A stretch of 64,000 nucleotides of DNA. Origin: an uncultured Solirubrobacterales bacterium (GTDB taxonomy: Bacteria > Actinomycetota > Thermoleophilia > Solirubrobacterales > JBBDJG01). Below, one piece after another: positions 1 to 10,680 of the stretch (position 1 is its first letter; every line of letters starts with the position of its first letter). The translations under genes were made by a program, and so were the position numbers. The stretch covers positions 265,445 through 329,444 of the forward strand of contig CAWFMD010000003.1 of assembly GCA_963816975.1 (NCBI GenBank). Direction: 5' to 3'. Below the pieces are notes generated by a model, which was not told the DNA's origin, ran no database searches, and saw only the letters and a program-made list of their open reading frames with translations.

Positions 1-326
1 TAGGCGGGGATGCGCCTGCCGGGCGCCAGCGGGTCGATGTTGTACATCAGGCCCGTAACGCGGTGCAGCGGGCGCCACGCACGACGCATCAACAGGAGGT
101 TGACCACCAGCAGCAGGGCCAACCCGCCCAGGATCACCAGCAACTTGTCGAGCGAGCTGGGAAACGGCAGGCTTGCAGGCGACAGTGACAGCGTCGCCGT
201 CGCGGCCACGAGCACGATCGCGTTCGGCAAGAACAGCCGCCACAAGAGTGAGTACCTGGCATGCGGCCTGGCCTGACCCGCCGATGCCGTGCTCACCGAA
301 CCGTGCTCTGCGTTCAATCTGCTCAC
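1..326 (-). CDS. sensor histidine kinase, N-terminal part (gene runs off the left edge)
   Basis: Not in ORF track (open at window edge). My minus-strand translation gives ..ARYSLLWRLFLPNAIVLVAATATLSLSPASLPFPSSLDKLLVILGGLALLLVVNLLLMRRAWRPLHRVTGLMYNIDPLAPGRRIPA.. This reads as two TM helices plus a HAMP-like linker, directly downstream of the NarL-type regulator. Start GTG 326 or 296 unresolved. Confidence 0.45.
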   Translation of the reverse strand, partial: MSRLNAEHGSVSTASAGQARPHARYSLLWRLFLPNAIVLVAATATLSLSPASLPFPSSLDKLLVILGGLALLLVVNLLLMRRAWRPLHRVTGLMYNIDPLAPGRRIPA

Positions 327-393
327 GAGGATACGCGAGCGCCTGTGTCATGTCCGACTGACGTTAGATCGCCAGACGCCGCACCGGCGCGGC

Positions 394-969
394 TCAGCTC
401 CGGCCGTCCTCTCCGGGCGGCGCGAGCCGCCCGATCATCACTCGCACCCGGGCCGTCACCTGCTCCCGGGACATCCTCAACGTGGCCGCGACATCCGGCA
501 CCGGAGTTCCGTCGACCAGCATCCCGAGGATCGGTAGATCGTCGGGGCTGAGGCGGGCGGCGGCTGCGTGTACGAGCTCCGGCGCCAGGTGCGGGAACAC
601 TCGCCTGCCGCGGGCGACCATCCGGATCGCATCCATGAGCGCATCGGGCGGAGCGCTCTTGCTCAGGACCCCGGAAGCGCCTGCGACCATCGCGGGCACG
701 GCCAGGTCCTGCGCCGGGTAGGCCGAGTACATCAGCACACCGGGCGTATCGTCGAGCGCGCGCAGGCGGTGACACAGCGCCAAACCGTCGTCGCGCTGCA
801 GTCGGTAGTCGATCAGGGCCACGTCCGGCTTCAGGGCGGCGACGCGATCGAGCGCCTGATCGGCATCCGAGACGGCCCCCGCGGGGTGGTAGCCCGGCTC
901 GACGCGGAGGATCGACCAGATCCCCGCACGCAAAGCAGGATGGTCGTCGACGACCAGCACGCGGATCAC
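394..969 (-). CDS. response regulator, NarL/LuxR family (REC + HTH)
   Basis: ORF 394..1149 trimmed to GTG 969 (VIRVLVVDDHPALRAG..). REC domain with DVALIDYRL phospho-Asp context. C-terminal LuxR-type HTH (LSPDDLPILGMLVDGTPVPDVAATLRMSREQV). Confidence 0.85.
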   Translation of the reverse strand: MIRVLVVDDHPALRAGIWSILRVEPGYHPAGAVSDADQALDRVAALKPDVALIDYRLQRDDGLALCHRLRALDDTPGVLMYSAYPAQDLAVPAMVAGASGVLSKSAPPDALMDAIRMVARGRRVFPHLAPELVHAAAARLSPDDLPILGMLVDGTPVPDVAATLRMSREQVTARVRVMIGRLAPPGEDGRS

Positions 970-1144
970 GCTCGCTTCCCCGTGACTGCGATGGATTCCA
1001 TGATCGTCAAGTCTCGCCTCCCTGGTGCGTGACGGGGATGGGGGCCGGCACCCATTCAGTCTCGTGACAGACGCGGGATCCTTGGATCGGTCGAGCGCGA
1101 AACCGGGCCACGCGCACGGCGGCTGAGGAGGCAGAGAGGGCGTC

Positions 1145-1187
1145 GGCACGCCGCGAGCCCGCGTCCGGGCGGCGCTCGGGGCGTGCC
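1145..1187 (-). terminator. candidate stem-loop downstream of the flavoprotein gene
   Basis: GGCACGCC (1145-1152) pairs with GGCGTGCC (1180-1187). The stem extends by 5 more bp after a 1-nt bulge. It lies 40-80 nt past the stop at 1227. No U-tract. Confidence 0.3.
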
Positions 1188-1226
1188 GGCGGGGGTACTG
1201 CGTGCCTCAGCGAGAGCTGTGGCTGG

Positions 1227-2426
1227 TCACGTTCCGGCCTGAGTGTGCGCGAGGTCGACCTCCACGGGAACCGCGTCGGCGGGCAGCGGCTGGGCGGGCT
1301 GCACGGGCTCCGCAGCGCGGGACAGATAATGCGAGAGGTACTGCCCGGCGACCTTCGTCTCGGGCCACCACAACATCCGGGTGCTCACGTCGGAGCGGTC
1401 ACCGTGCCCGCCCGCGATCTGCGACCGCATGAACCGCGCTCCGTCACCGGTCAGCAGGAGCCCGCGCAGGACCGGGCGAAACGGCTCCGCTGCGACCGGG
1501 GCGCCCGCCCGCTGGGCGATCGCGCGGGCCGCTGCATCCGCCTGTTGGGCCGCGATCCCGCCCTGCTTGACCGGGAACGCGGTCACGTCCCCGGCGGCGA
1601 AGACGTCCTCGCAGCCGCGAACCTGTCCATGTTCGTCCGTTGGCAGGAAGCCGTCCGCATCATGGGGCAGGCCCGCCGGCGAGCGCCCGTGCAAGCGGGG
1701 CATCGCGACCACGCGATCGGCCTCCACCGCGCCGCCGGGCGCGACGGACAGCGACCCGTTCGCGAAAGCCATCGGGGTGGTCGAAGTGCGCAGGTCGATG
1801 CGCCGCTCGCGCAGCAGGGAGCGAACCGCGTCGCTCGCCTGTCGGCCGAATATTCCCAGCGGAGCCTCCTCCGTGGTGACCAGCGTGAAACCGGTCTGCG
1901 CGTCGTGCGCGTCCGCGTGCATCGCAGTCATCAGCGCCAGCTCGTAAAGGGGCAGGGGCCAGGCGTTCCCCGTGGGCACCGCGAAGACGACCTTGCCGGC
2001 GCGGCCCGAGTCGATGTCGCCGAGCAGATCCTCGAAGGCGGGGCGATCCACGGAGCCGCGGAACGTGAGCGTGCCCGGCACGGCCTCACGAGGCTCTGCG
2101 CCGGTGGTCACCAGCAGCGAGTCGTAGGGGATCTCGCTGTCGGACCGCGTGCGCAGCACGCGGTCCGTCGGATCCACGCCGGCCGCCGCATCGACGTCGA
2201 GCTCCGCCTCGTGATCGCGCGCGATCTCCGCCAGGTCGAAGCGCGGCGCCTCGCCGAGGCCGAACGGCTCCACCACCGACAGCGGCGGATACGCAAGCTC
2301 GCGCTGGGGCGTCACCAGCCGCAGCGCCACGCGCTCGCCGGCCAGCCTCCGCAGGCCGATCATCGCCTCGAGCGCGGCAATCCCGCCGCCGGCGATCACC
2401 ACTCGATGCGTGCCATGCGAGGTCAT
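1227..2426 (-). CDS. FAD-dependent pyridine nucleotide-disulfide oxidoreductase (SQR/NDH-2-like, Cys-poor)
   Basis: 399 aa. N-terminal VVIAGGGIAALEA Rossmann motif and C-terminal FAAGDV motif. Only one Cys, so no SQR-type redox cysteine pair. Start codon is 1 nt after the CBS gene stop. Confidence 0.8.
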   Translation of the reverse strand: MTSHGTHRVVIAGGGIAALEAMIGLRRLAGERVALRLVTPQRELAYPPLSVVEPFGLGEAPRFDLAEIARDHEAELDVDAAAGVDPTDRVLRTRSDSEIPYDSLLVTTGAEPREAVPGTLTFRGSVDRPAFEDLLGDIDSGRAGKVVFAVPTGNAWPLPLYELALMTAMHADAHDAQTGFTLVTTEEAPLGIFGRQASDAVRSLLRERRIDLRTSTTPMAFANGSLSVAPGGAVEADRVVAMPRLHGRSPAGLPHDADGFLPTDEHGQVRGCEDVFAAGDVTAFPVKQGGIAAQQADAAARAIAQRAGAPVAAEPFRPVLRGLLLTGDGARFMRSQIAGGHGDRSDVSTRMLWWPETKVAGQYLSHYLSRAAEPVQPAQPLPADAVPVEVDLAHTQAGT

Positions 2427-2427
2427 G

Positions 2428-2874
2428 TCAGTGTCCCTCGAAGGCGATCAGATCGAGGTCCGAGAGGACCCCCTCGGGCATCGCGTCCTCCGCGCGCCGC
2501 ACGAGCACGTGGGACACGCCCGCCTGCAGGAGCGCGACGACCGCCTCGCGCGCGGTCGCGCCGGGTTCGATGAAGGTCGCGCGCTCGGTGATCGCATCGC
2601 GCGCACAGGCCAGCGATTCGTCCTTCCCGATCCATGCCAGTAGCCCGCGGGCGGTCACCCACCCCAGTGGCTTTCCCTCGGTGTGTCCGACTACCAGCAC
2701 GGCCCGCACCGAGTGGGCGATCATCGCCCGGTAGACGTGCCACAGGCTCGCGTCCTCAGGTATCGACACGACCCCCGGCGTCATGATCTCCCGCGCCGGC
2801 GCATCCATATGATCGCCGGCCGCGAGCGGCGTGACGCTGCTGCGCGAGTGCGTGCTGATCGTTTTTGATGGCAT
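2428..2874 (-). CDS. CBS domain-pair protein
   Basis: 148 aa with two CBS motifs (..IMTPGVVSIPEDASL.., ..ATFIEPGATAREAVVALLQAGVSHVLV..). Strong SD AAAGGAGG 8 nt upstream of ATG 2874. Confidence 0.85.
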   Translation of the reverse strand: MPSKTISTHSRSSVTPLAAGDHMDAPAREIMTPGVVSIPEDASLWHVYRAMIAHSVRAVLVVGHTEGKPLGWVTARGLLAWIGKDESLACARDAITERATFIEPGATAREAVVALLQAGVSHVLVRRAEDAMPEGVLSDLDLIAFEGH

Positions 2875-2936
2875 ATCCGCGTCCTCCTTTTGGACCGTTC
2901 CAGCATAAGCCGCCGCGAGTCACGATCGCATCCGCT

Positions 2937-2956
2937 GGGCGCCCCACTTGGCGCCC
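2937..2956 (-). terminator. candidate stem-loop after the hydrogenase operon
   Basis: GGGCGCC / CCACTT loop / GGCGCCC, a 7-bp all-GC stem 24-43 nt downstream of the endopeptidase stop (2980). No U-tract. Confidence 0.3.
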
Positions 2957-2979
2957 GTAGTATCTACCCACGCGTCAGA

Positions 2980-3453
2980 TCACCGCGCAGCCTCCCCAGC
3001 CAACTCCAGCACCTGTTCCGCCGCCGGCTGCAGGGCGCCGCTGACCGCGGCGCTCGGCGCCGCGCCCGCCGCGAAGTCGGCCCCCTCGATGCCCACGACG
3101 AGCAGCCGCGCGGGGAGCCGGCCGAGCGCGCGCCCCAGCTCGATCGCCTCGGCCAGGCCGAACGCGTGGGTCGAGGTGCCGGTGAGGCGGGCGGGCAGTG
3201 GCTCGTCGGTGGCCACGAACACGTTGACCGCGCCGGGCGTGCCGCCCGAGGAGGTCGCGTCGACGACGATTGCAAGGCCGGCGTCCGCCCACGCCTCCAG
3301 CAGCGCGGTCGGCTCGCCTTCGTGCTCGACCACCACGAGGTCCCCGGGCGCGCGGTCGCGCACGATGCGCGCCACGAGCACGCCCGCCGCGTCGTCGCCT
3401 GCCCAGGCGTTGCCCACACCGATCACCACGACGCTGCTACTCGCGCTCGACAT
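2980..3453 (-). CDS. hydrogenase maturation endopeptidase (HycI/HoxW type)
   Basis: ORF 2980..3546 trimmed to ATG 3453 ([24 protein letters not shown]..). Overlaps the large-subunit stop by 17 nt. Confidence 0.8.
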   Translation of the reverse strand: MSSASSSVVVIGVGNAWAGDDAAGVLVARIVRDRAPGDLVVVEHEGEPTALLEAWADAGLAIVVDATSSGGTPGAVNVFVATDEPLPARLTGTSTHAFGLAEAIELGRALGRLPARLLVVGIEGADFAAGAAPSAAVSGALQPAAEQVLELAGEAAR

Positions 3454-4762
3454 CGATGCGCAGGAAGTGCGTGGCGCAGGAGATGCAGGGGTCGTAATTG
3501 CGGATCGCCTGCTCGCAGCGCAGCTGCAGCTCCTGCTCGGGAGCATCGATCATCTCCGACACGAGCCCGAACAGGTCCTCCTCGATCGAGAGCTGGTTCT
3601 GCGACGTGGGCGGCACGATCCTGGCTTTCAGGATCTTGCCTTCCTCGTCCAGGTCGTAGCGGTGGTAGAGCATGCCGCGCGGCGCCTCCGTCCACCCGTG
3701 GCCGGTTCCCGCCCGGGCTTCGATCGGGACGAACGGCCGGTCGGGCTGCTCGTAGGCGTCGATCAGACGCACCGCCTCGTCGAACGCGTAGAGCACCTCG
3801 ACCGCGCGTACGACGATGCTCTTGAACGGGTTGCGGCACACCGGCCCCAGCCCGGCCTCGCGGGCAGCTTCCTGCGCGAGGGGCGAGAGCCGGTCGAAGT
3901 TGAGGTTGTATCGCGCGAGCGGGCCGGCCAGGTAAGCCCCACGCTCCCGGAGGCGCGCGTACAGCGCGTTCGAGTGCTCGACGTGCTCCTCGATCACGTG
4001 GTCGTCGAACTCGTGCGCCGCGATGTCGAGCCCGCGGTTCGAGACCAGCCGGCCGCGATCGATCGGGTACTCCCGGGGCTCGCTCAGCGAGACCAGCTCG
4101 ACGTCGCGTTCGAAGTCGGGGAAGGGCAGGCTCCCGGCCCACGCGACCGCCTCGCGCGCGGAGTCGCGCGCCCGCAGTAGCCGCTCCCGCAGCGGTGCCA
4201 GCTCCCGCCGCGTGGGCACCCGGTAGAAGCCGCCGACCCGGACGTTCACGGGATGCACCTCCCGCCCGCCGACCAGCGCGATCAGCTCGTTGCCCGCCTT
4301 CTTGATGCCCAGCCCGAGCTCCACGATCGCGCGCTGATCGCGCGCCATCGCGATCGCGCTCTCGTAACCGAGGAAGTCGGGAGCGTGCAGCATGAAGACG
4401 TGGAGTGTGTGGCTCTCGACCCATTCACCGCAGTAGATCAGCCGCCGCAGGTCGCGCAGCGGCTCGTCCACAACGACCTCCAACGCATCCTCCATCGCCA
4501 GGCACGAGCTCATCTGGTAGGCGACCGGGCAGATGCCGCAGATGCGCGCGGTGATGTCCGGCACCTCGTCGAAGGAGCGGCCGCGCAGGAACGCCTCGAA
4601 GAACCGTGGCGGCTCGAAGATCTCGAGCCGCGCCTCCACGACCTTGCCCTCCTTGACGCGCACGTGCAGGGAGCCCTCGCCCTCGACGCGCGCCAGGTAG
4701 TCCGTGCGCACAGTGCGCGTCTGACGCCCGTCAGCCGGGCTCATGCGCCTCGCTCTCGACAC
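3437..4762 (-). CDS. [NiFe]-hydrogenase large (alpha) subunit, group 3 (3b-like)
   Basis: 441 aa. N-terminal [10 protein letters not shown] (CxxC) and C-terminal DPCISCATH followed by a 9-aa tail FLRIDVERE (endopeptidase substrate). Alternative start ATG 4744. Confidence 0.9.
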   Translation of the reverse strand: MSRARRMSPADGRQTRTVRTDYLARVEGEGSLHVRVKEGKVVEARLEIFEPPRFFEAFLRGRSFDEVPDITARICGICPVAYQMSSCLAMEDALEVVVDEPLRDLRRLIYCGEWVESHTLHVFMLHAPDFLGYESAIAMARDQRAIVELGLGIKKAGNELIALVGGREVHPVNVRVGGFYRVPTRRELAPLRERLLRARDSAREAVAWAGSLPFPDFERDVELVSLSEPREYPIDRGRLVSNRGLDIAAHEFDDHVIEEHVEHSNALYARLRERGAYLAGPLARYNLNFDRLSPLAQEAAREAGLGPVCRNPFKSIVVRAVEVLYAFDEAVRLIDAYEQPDRPFVPIEARAGTGHGWTEAPRGMLYHRYDLDEEGKILKARIVPPTSQNQLSIEEDLFGLVSEMIDAPEQELQLRCEQAIRNYDPCISCATHFLRIDVERE

Positions 4763-5510
4763 GGAACGGCTCCGACCATGCGTTGAAACCGCGGAAGGCG
4801 CGCACGAGCTGCTCGTCGGACACGCCGAGGTGCTTCCACCACTCGCTCAACGAGTCCGTGTCGGGCGACTCCATCGGGCCGTAGCAGCCATAGCAGCCGC
4901 GGTCGTAGCTCGGGCAGATCGCGCCGCAGCCGGCGTGGGTGACAGGACCCATGCAGGGCGTGCCGTGGGCGACCATCACGCACACGGTCCCCCGCCGCTT
5001 GCACTCGATGCACACGCTGTGCCCGGGGATCTGCGGCTTGCGCTCATGCAGGAATGCGCCGATCACCTCCAGCAGCTGCGTCTTGTTGATCGGGCAGCCG
5101 TGCAGCTCGAAGTCGACCTGCACGTGCGCGCTGATCGGCGTCGACGTGTCGAGCGTGGAGATGTAGTCCGGCGTCGCATAGACCGCGGACACGAACTCAC
5201 CGACGTCCGCGAAATTGCGCAGCGCCTGGATGCCGCCCGCCGTGGCGCAGGCCCCGATCGTCACCAGCCGGCGTGACATCCGGCGCACCTCCCGGATCCG
5301 CTCGGCGTCGTCCGGCGTGGTGATCGAGCCTTCGACGAGCGAGAGGTCATAAGGGCCCTCGACGGTCGCGCGCCGCGCCTCCAGGAAGTAGGCCAGCTCG
5401 ATCTCCCCCGCCAGCGGCAGCAGCTCGTCCTCGCAGTCGAGCAGGCTCAGCTGGCACCCGTCGCAGGACGCGAACTTCCAGACGGCGAGGGTCGGCTTGC
5501 CGCCCTGCAT
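4731..5510 (-). CDS. [NiFe]-hydrogenase small (delta) subunit, group 3
   Basis: ORF 4731..6035 trimmed to ATG 5510 ([29 protein letters not shown]..). Further Cys clusters ([26 protein letters not shown]). TGATG junction with the gamma stop. Confidence 0.9.
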   Translation of the reverse strand: MQGGKPTLAVWKFASCDGCQLSLLDCEDELLPLAGEIELAYFLEARRATVEGPYDLSLVEGSITTPDDAERIREVRRMSRRLVTIGACATAGGIQALRNFADVGEFVSAVYATPDYISTLDTSTPISAHVQVDFELHGCPINKTQLLEVIGAFLHERKPQIPGHSVCIECKRRGTVCVMVAHGTPCMGPVTHAGCGAICPSYDRGCYGCYGPMESPDTDSLSEWWKHLGVSDEQLVRAFRGFNAWSEPFRVESEAHEPG

Positions 5511-6376
5511 CACAGCTCCCGCACGCGGAAGGCGGGGCGCATCCGCTCGAACGTGAACACGGGGCCGTCGCGGCACACGAACTCGGGCCCCAGCTGGCAG
5601 TGCCCGCAGTGGCCGACGGCGCACTTCATGTTGCGCTCCATCGATATGTGCACGCGGCCGGGGCCGACGCCGCGGTCGATCAGTGCCTCGGCCGAGAAGC
5701 GGATCATCGCCTCCGGACCGCAGATGAACGCCGTGCACGCGACGGGATCGAAGGCAGCGCGCTCGATCAGCGCGGGGACGACCCCGACACGCCCATGCCA
5801 TCCGGCCTGTGCGATGTCGACGGTGACGGCGACGTCGAGCCCGCGCTCGCGCCACCCGGCGAACTCGGCCTCGTACAGCAGCTGGCTCGGCTCCCGCCCG
5901 CCGTACAGCAGCAGCACCCGGCCAAAGCGCTCGCGCTCCGCGAGCGCCGCGTAGACCAAGGGCCGCAGCGGCGCGAGGCCGATGCCCCCGGCCACGATCA
6001 CCACGTCGCCTCCCGCTGCGCCCGCGATCGGCCACTGGCTGCCGAACGGTCCGCGGACGCCGAGCATGCCCCCCGGCTCGGTGCGGCAGATCGCGCCGCT
6101 GACCGCCCCTACGTCACGGACTGTATGCACCAGGCGCCCGGCGCTGCCGGGGTCGCCGCTGATCGAGATCGGCACTTCGCCTGCGCCGAACGCATAGATC
6201 ATGTTGAACTGTCCCGGCAGGTAGGCGAAGTCGGGCTCGCGGTCCGCCGGCTCCAGCTCGAGAGTCCATGTGTCGACTGTTTCCTGCCTGCGATCCACGA
6301 CGCGGAACCGTTCCGGGACCATCGGCCCCGACGCGGACGCGACCGGCTTTCGGTCAGACCGGAGTGCCGACCCCAT
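5510..6376 (-). CDS. hydrogenase gamma subunit, FAD/NAD(P)-binding with 2Fe-2S (PyrK/AsrB-like)
   Basis: 288 aa. Ferredoxin-reductase fold (..[13 protein letters not shown]..) and C-terminal [17 protein letters not shown] cluster motif. Alternative start ATG 6322 (MVPERFRV..). Confidence 0.85.
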   Translation of the reverse strand: MGSALRSDRKPVASASGPMVPERFRVVDRRQETVDTWTLELEPADREPDFAYLPGQFNMIYAFGAGEVPISISGDPGSAGRLVHTVRDVGAVSGAICRTEPGGMLGVRGPFGSQWPIAGAAGGDVVIVAGGIGLAPLRPLVYAALAERERFGRVLLLYGGREPSQLLYEAEFAGWRERGLDVAVTVDIAQAGWHGRVGVVPALIERAAFDPVACTAFICGPEAMIRFSAEALIDRGVGPGRVHISMERNMKCAVGHCGHCQLGPEFVCRDGPVFTFERMRPAFRVREL

Positions 6377-6821
6377 AGACGTCCAGGAGTCGCAGGCGGG
6401 TCGCCTGCAGGCGAGCGATGATCACCTGCGCGAAGCGCTGCATCAGCTCGTATCCCAGCTCGTGGTCGGCGTCGCACTTGCCGCGCAGGCAGGCACCGTC
6501 GAAGGAGATCAACGCGGTGTCGGCCTGCACCCGCGCGTCGAACTCCCAACGGTAGGGCGGGAACAGCCACGACCACCCCAGCAGGTCGCCGTCGTGCAGC
6601 GTCTCGAGCGCGACCGCGTCGCGCGCCGGGACGTGCAGCTCGAGCGCGACCGCGCCGTGACGGATCGCGTAGAAGACATCGGCCGGCTCGCCCATCGTGA
6701 AGAGCCGATCCCCGGCGCGCGCTCGCATGGTCGTAGCGCACCCGGCGATCAACTCGAGCTGCGCCGGCGCGAGCCCGCGGAAGATGGGCATCTCAGCAAT
6801 CAGGGCGTCCAGCTGCTTCAT
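6354..6821 (-). CDS. stand-alone cyclic-nucleotide-binding (CAP effector) domain protein
   Basis: ORF 6354..7178 trimmed to ATG 6821 ([48 protein letters not shown]..). 155 aa with no HTH. ATGA overlap with the beta-subunit stop. Confidence 0.8.
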   Translation of the reverse strand: MKQLDALIAEMPIFRGLAPAQLELIAGCATTMRARAGDRLFTMGEPADVFYAIRHGAVALELHVPARDAVALETLHDGDLLGWSWLFPPYRWEFDARVQADTALISFDGACLRGKCDADHELGYELMQRFAQVIIARLQATRLRLLDVYGVGTPV

Positions 6822-7978
6822 CGCCGCTCCTCGCCCCACGCTTCCGGCCCTCCGCTGTCGGTGGCCCGGATCGCGGCGACCTCCTCGGTGATGTCGATCG
6901 CGACCGGGCACCACGTGATGCAGCGACCGCACCCGACACAGCCGAACGTGTCGAACTGGTCGCCCCAGGTGGCGAGCTTGTGGGTCATCCACTGGCGGTA
7001 GCGCGAGCGGGGCGTGTTGCGCACACTGCCGCCGTGGACGTGGGAGAAGTCGAGCGTGAAGCACGAGTCCCACTCGCGTACGCGCTCGGTCTGCGTGCCG
7101 GTCAGGTCGGTCACATCCTCGACGCTCGTGCAGAAGCACGTGGGACAGACCATGGTGCAGTTGCCGCAGGTCAGGCAACGGTCGGCGACGTCGTCCCAGC
7201 GATCGTGCTCGTAGTTGCGGTAGAGCAGGCCCTTCAGGTCGGTCGTGTCCATCGCGCGGCCCTGGCCGGTCACGGCGCGCTCGACTGCGCGCTCGCCGGC
7301 ATCGACCTCCGCCCGGGAGGCATCGCGCGCGGGCAGGCCCGCCACGACCTCGGCCCCGGCCTCGCTGCCGGCCTCGACGAGGAAGTAGTGCCGCCCGTCC
7401 TCGAGCACCTCCGTGAGCGCCACGTCGAAATTGGATGTCGCCCGCGGCCCCGTGCCCATCGAGACGCAGAAGCAGGTGCCGCCCGCCTGCCAGCAGTTGA
7501 GCGCGACGATGAACACGTTCGCGCGCCGCGCCGCGTAGCCCGGATCGGGGTGCGGCACGTCGAGGATCGCGCTGTCGAGCGAGGCAATCGCGTGCAGGTC
7601 ACAGGAGCGCACGCCGATGTAGGCGTCCTTCGAAGGAGCGCTCTCCTGCGCGTCGACCTCGAACCCGTCGCCTCCGGCCTTGGCACGCCAGAGCCGTACG
7701 CGGGCCGGCCACAAGTACTCCTTCCACGAGCGCGGTCCGACCGCAAAGCCGAACAGCCCGCGATCCTCGCGCGCGCGCAGGCGATAGGTGCCGCCCTCCT
7801 GCTCGTCCGTGATTCCCTCCGGCAGGTCGGCGCTCGACTCGAGCTCGTCGTAGACGATCGCGCCGTCGCGCACCGTCGGGCCGAGCAGCCGGTAGCCGCG
7901 CGCGACCAGCGCCAGCAGCAGGTCGTCCAGCCGCTCGCGGTCGAGCATGCGCGTGCCGGGCTCGGGGGCCACCCGCAA
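6818..7978 (-). CDS. hydrogenase beta subunit, 4Fe-4S protein (HydB/AsrA-like)
   Basis: 386 aa. Cluster motifs [16 protein letters not shown] and [12 protein letters not shown]. Start TTG 7978, GTG 7972 or ATG 7948 unresolved. Confidence 0.85.
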   Translation of the reverse strand: MRVAPEPGTRMLDRERLDDLLLALVARGYRLLGPTVRDGAIVYDELESSADLPEGITDEQEGGTYRLRAREDRGLFGFAVGPRSWKEYLWPARVRLWRAKAGGDGFEVDAQESAPSKDAYIGVRSCDLHAIASLDSAILDVPHPDPGYAARRANVFIVALNCWQAGGTCFCVSMGTGPRATSNFDVALTEVLEDGRHYFLVEAGSEAGAEVVAGLPARDASRAEVDAGERAVERAVTGQGRAMDTTDLKGLLYRNYEHDRWDDVADRCLTCGNCTMVCPTCFCTSVEDVTDLTGTQTERVREWDSCFTLDFSHVHGGSVRNTPRSRYRQWMTHKLATWGDQFDTFGCVGCGRCITWCPVAIDITEEVAAIRATDSGGPEAWGEERR

Positions 7979-7990
7979 AACCTACAACCC

Positions 7991-9650
7991 CTAGATCGGT
8001 CTCGGGGACCATCTCGATCGCCCCGGACGGGCACTCCTGCACGCAGATGCCGCAGCCCTTGCAGTAGTCGAGGTCGATCGCGTACAGCGTACGCCGCCGG
8101 GCGCCGAGCTTGATCACGGCGTTGTCGGGGCAGACGCCGTAGCAGTTGTCGCAGGCGAAGCAGTTGCCGCACGACAGGCAGCGGCGGGCCTCGAACAGCG
8201 CGTTGGACTCGTCGAGGCCGCCGACGACCTCGTCGAAGGTGGATGCGCCGGCGCGCCACCTCGAGCTGGGGCCGCACCGTGCGCGGCGCGTCGGCGTAGT
8301 ACCAGGTGTTGAGCGCGTCGAACGTCGACGAGGTCGTGCTTCGGCGGGGGCACGGTACGTCCGCTCCCGCGCAGCCAGCGCGTCGATGTGGCGGGCCGCC
8401 TGCTTGCCGTGCCCGACCGCCGACGGTGACGGTGCGCTCGGCGGGCACCATGTCGCCGCCGGCGAAGACGCCCGGGTGCCCGGTCATCAGGTTCGGCCCG
8501 ACCTGCACGACGCCGTCGTCGACCTCGATCCCGGGCACGCCGTCGAGCAGCGACGAGGTCGGCCTCCTGGCCGAGCGCGAGCACCAGCGAGTCGGCCTCG
8601 AGCTCCTCGAGCTCGCCGGTCGGCTGCGGGAAGCCGGTCTCGTCGAGCTCCATCCGCTCGAGCACGAGCTTGCCGCCGTCGGCGCTGCTTGATCGTCGAG
8701 AGCCACTTCATCAGCACGCCCTCCTGCGCGGCCTCCTCGACCTCGAAGTCGTGCGCCGGCATGCGGTCGCGCGTGCGCCGGTAGACGACGACCGCCTCCT
8801 CGGCGCCGAGGCGCTTGGCCGTGCGCGCGGCGTCCATCGCGGTGTTCCCGCCGCCGTAGACGACGACGCGGCGGCCGAGCAGCGGCGGCTCCTCGCCCTC
8901 CATGCTCGCGCAGCAGCGAGACCGCGTCGAGCATGCGCGCGGCGCTCGCCGGCGGGGATGTAGGCGCGCTTGCCGATGTGCGCGCCGACGGCGAGGAACG
9001 CGGCGTCGAAGCCGCCCGTCGCGCATCGTCGGCTCGAGGTCGGTCGACCTTGCGGTCGCAGCTCGCAGCTCCACGCCCAGGTCGAGGATCCGCTGCGACC
9101 TCGGCGTCGAGCACGTCGCGCGGGAGCCGGTAGCGCGGGATGCCGAAGCGCATCATGCCGCCCGGCAGCGGGCCGGCCTCGTGGATCGTCGACGGCGTGG
9201 CCGAGGCGCGCGAGGTGGTAGGCGGCGGACAGGCCGGACGGGCCCGGCGCCGACGACGAGCACGCGCTTGCCGGTGGGCGGCGCGTCGACGCGACGCGTC
9301 CAGCCCTGCGCGGATCGCCTCGTCGCCGAGGAAGCGCTCGACCGAGTTGATGCCGACCGCCTCGTCGAGCTGGCCGCGGTTGCAGGCGGTCTCGCACGGG
9401 TGGTAGCAGACCCGGCCCATGATCGCGCGGGAAGCGGGTTGTCCTCCATGATCGCCCGCCAGGCGCGCTCGTAGCGCTCCGCCCTCCTCGGCGTGGTAGA
9501 GCCAGTGCTGGATGTTCTCGCCGGCCGGGCAGGCGTGGTTGCACGGCGGCAGCCGGTCGCACGTAGACCGGGCGCTCGGTGCGCCACGAGCCGGTCTTGT
9601 TCGGCGAGGCTCGAGCCGACGTCGAGCGTGATCGCGAAGGGCTTGTCCAT
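7991..9650 (-). pseudogene. PorD-like / GltD-type NAD(P)H flavoprotein / 2x[4Fe-4S] ferredoxin fusion, many frameshifts
   Basis: Readable only by hopping between all three minus frames. Pieces are MDKPFAITLDVGSS.., LPPCNHACPAGENIQHW, MGRVCYHPCETACNRG, RVLVVGAGPSGLSAAYHLARLGHAV, GGMMRFGIPRYRLPRDVLDAEV, RRVVVYGGGNTAMDAARTAKRLGAEE, GHPGVFAGGDMV, YCKGCGICVQECPSGAIEMVPE. TGATG junction with the porB stop. Confidence 0.7.
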
Positions 9651-10664
9651 CAGGCCGGCAGCTGCCTCGCCCTCCGAGCAGGCCGAAGCGGCCGATGTTG
9701 CGGTCGGCGCGCGCCTGGATCCGTGCGATCACGTCCGTGCGCGGCGGCTCGGCCGAACAGGTGCGCGAAGCGGCGCTGCGGCCGCAGGTAGTCCTCGACC
9801 GGCACCTGGCGGCGGATCTTCGAGACGCCCGTGACCTCGCCGCCCTCGGCCTCGAACACCGGGAAGAGGCCCGTCTCGCGTCGCGAGCCGCGCGATCCGG
9901 ATCGTGTCGTGCGCGGCGCGTGCCCCAGCCCAGCGGGCAGGTCACGAGCACGTGCAGGTAGCGCGCGCCGCGCAACTCCATCGCGCGCTCGACCTTGGCC
10001 TCGAGGTCGCGCAGGTCGGCGACGGTCGCGGTCGCGACGTAGGGGATCTCGTGCGCCATCGCGATCAGCGGCGCGCTCTTGCCCTGGCCGAAGACGTTGC
10101 CCGGCTCCGTGCCCGACCGGCTTGGTCGTCGCGGTGCGGGCGGCGGGCGGCGTCGCGCCCGAGCGCTGCACGCCGGTGTTCATGTAGCCCTCGTTGTCGT
10201 AGCAGACGAACAGCACGTCGTCGTTGCGCTCGAACATGCCCGACAGGCAGCCGAAGCCGATGTCGACCGTGCCGCCGTCGCCGCCCTGGCCGACGACGCG
10301 CACGTCCGTGCGGCCCTTGACCTTCAGCGCGGCGGCGATGCCCGTCGCGACCGCGGGGGCGTTGCCGAACAGCGAATGGATCCACGGGAGCTGCCACGAC
10401 GTCTCCGGGTACGGCGTGGAGAAGACCTCGAGGCAGCCGGTCGCGTTGGCGGCGATCAGCTGGCCGCCGGTGGCGCGCATCGCGGCGTCGAGCGCGTAGC
10501 GCGCGCCGAGCGCCTCGCCGCAGCCCTGGCAGGCGCGGTGGCCGGAGGTGAGCGTGTTCGAGCGGTCGCATGCGCGCCTGGACCGTGCGCTGCTCGGGGT
10601 CGAGCAGCCGGTTGCCGGCCGCGAAGCTGCCGGCCTGGTAGAACTTGATCTGCTGGTAGGGCAT
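9650..10664 (-). pseudogene. porB: 2-oxoacid:ferredoxin oxidoreductase beta subunit (TPP-binding), frameshifted
   Basis: [14 protein letters not shown].. (ATG 10664, SD GGGAGAGG), [80 protein letters not shown].. and [17 protein letters not shown].. are spread over three frames. Confidence 0.75.
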
Positions 10665-10680
10665 GCGTCCTCTCCCGTGA

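Noticed and set aside
7270-10059. 929-aa ORF, the longest in the track
   Set aside because: Arg/Ala/Pro-rich nonsense for most of its length. It only coincides with real POR/GltD peptide islands in short stretches. It is a stop-free frame typical of GC-rich DNA running across several real genes, including antisense and out-of-frame parts of hydB.
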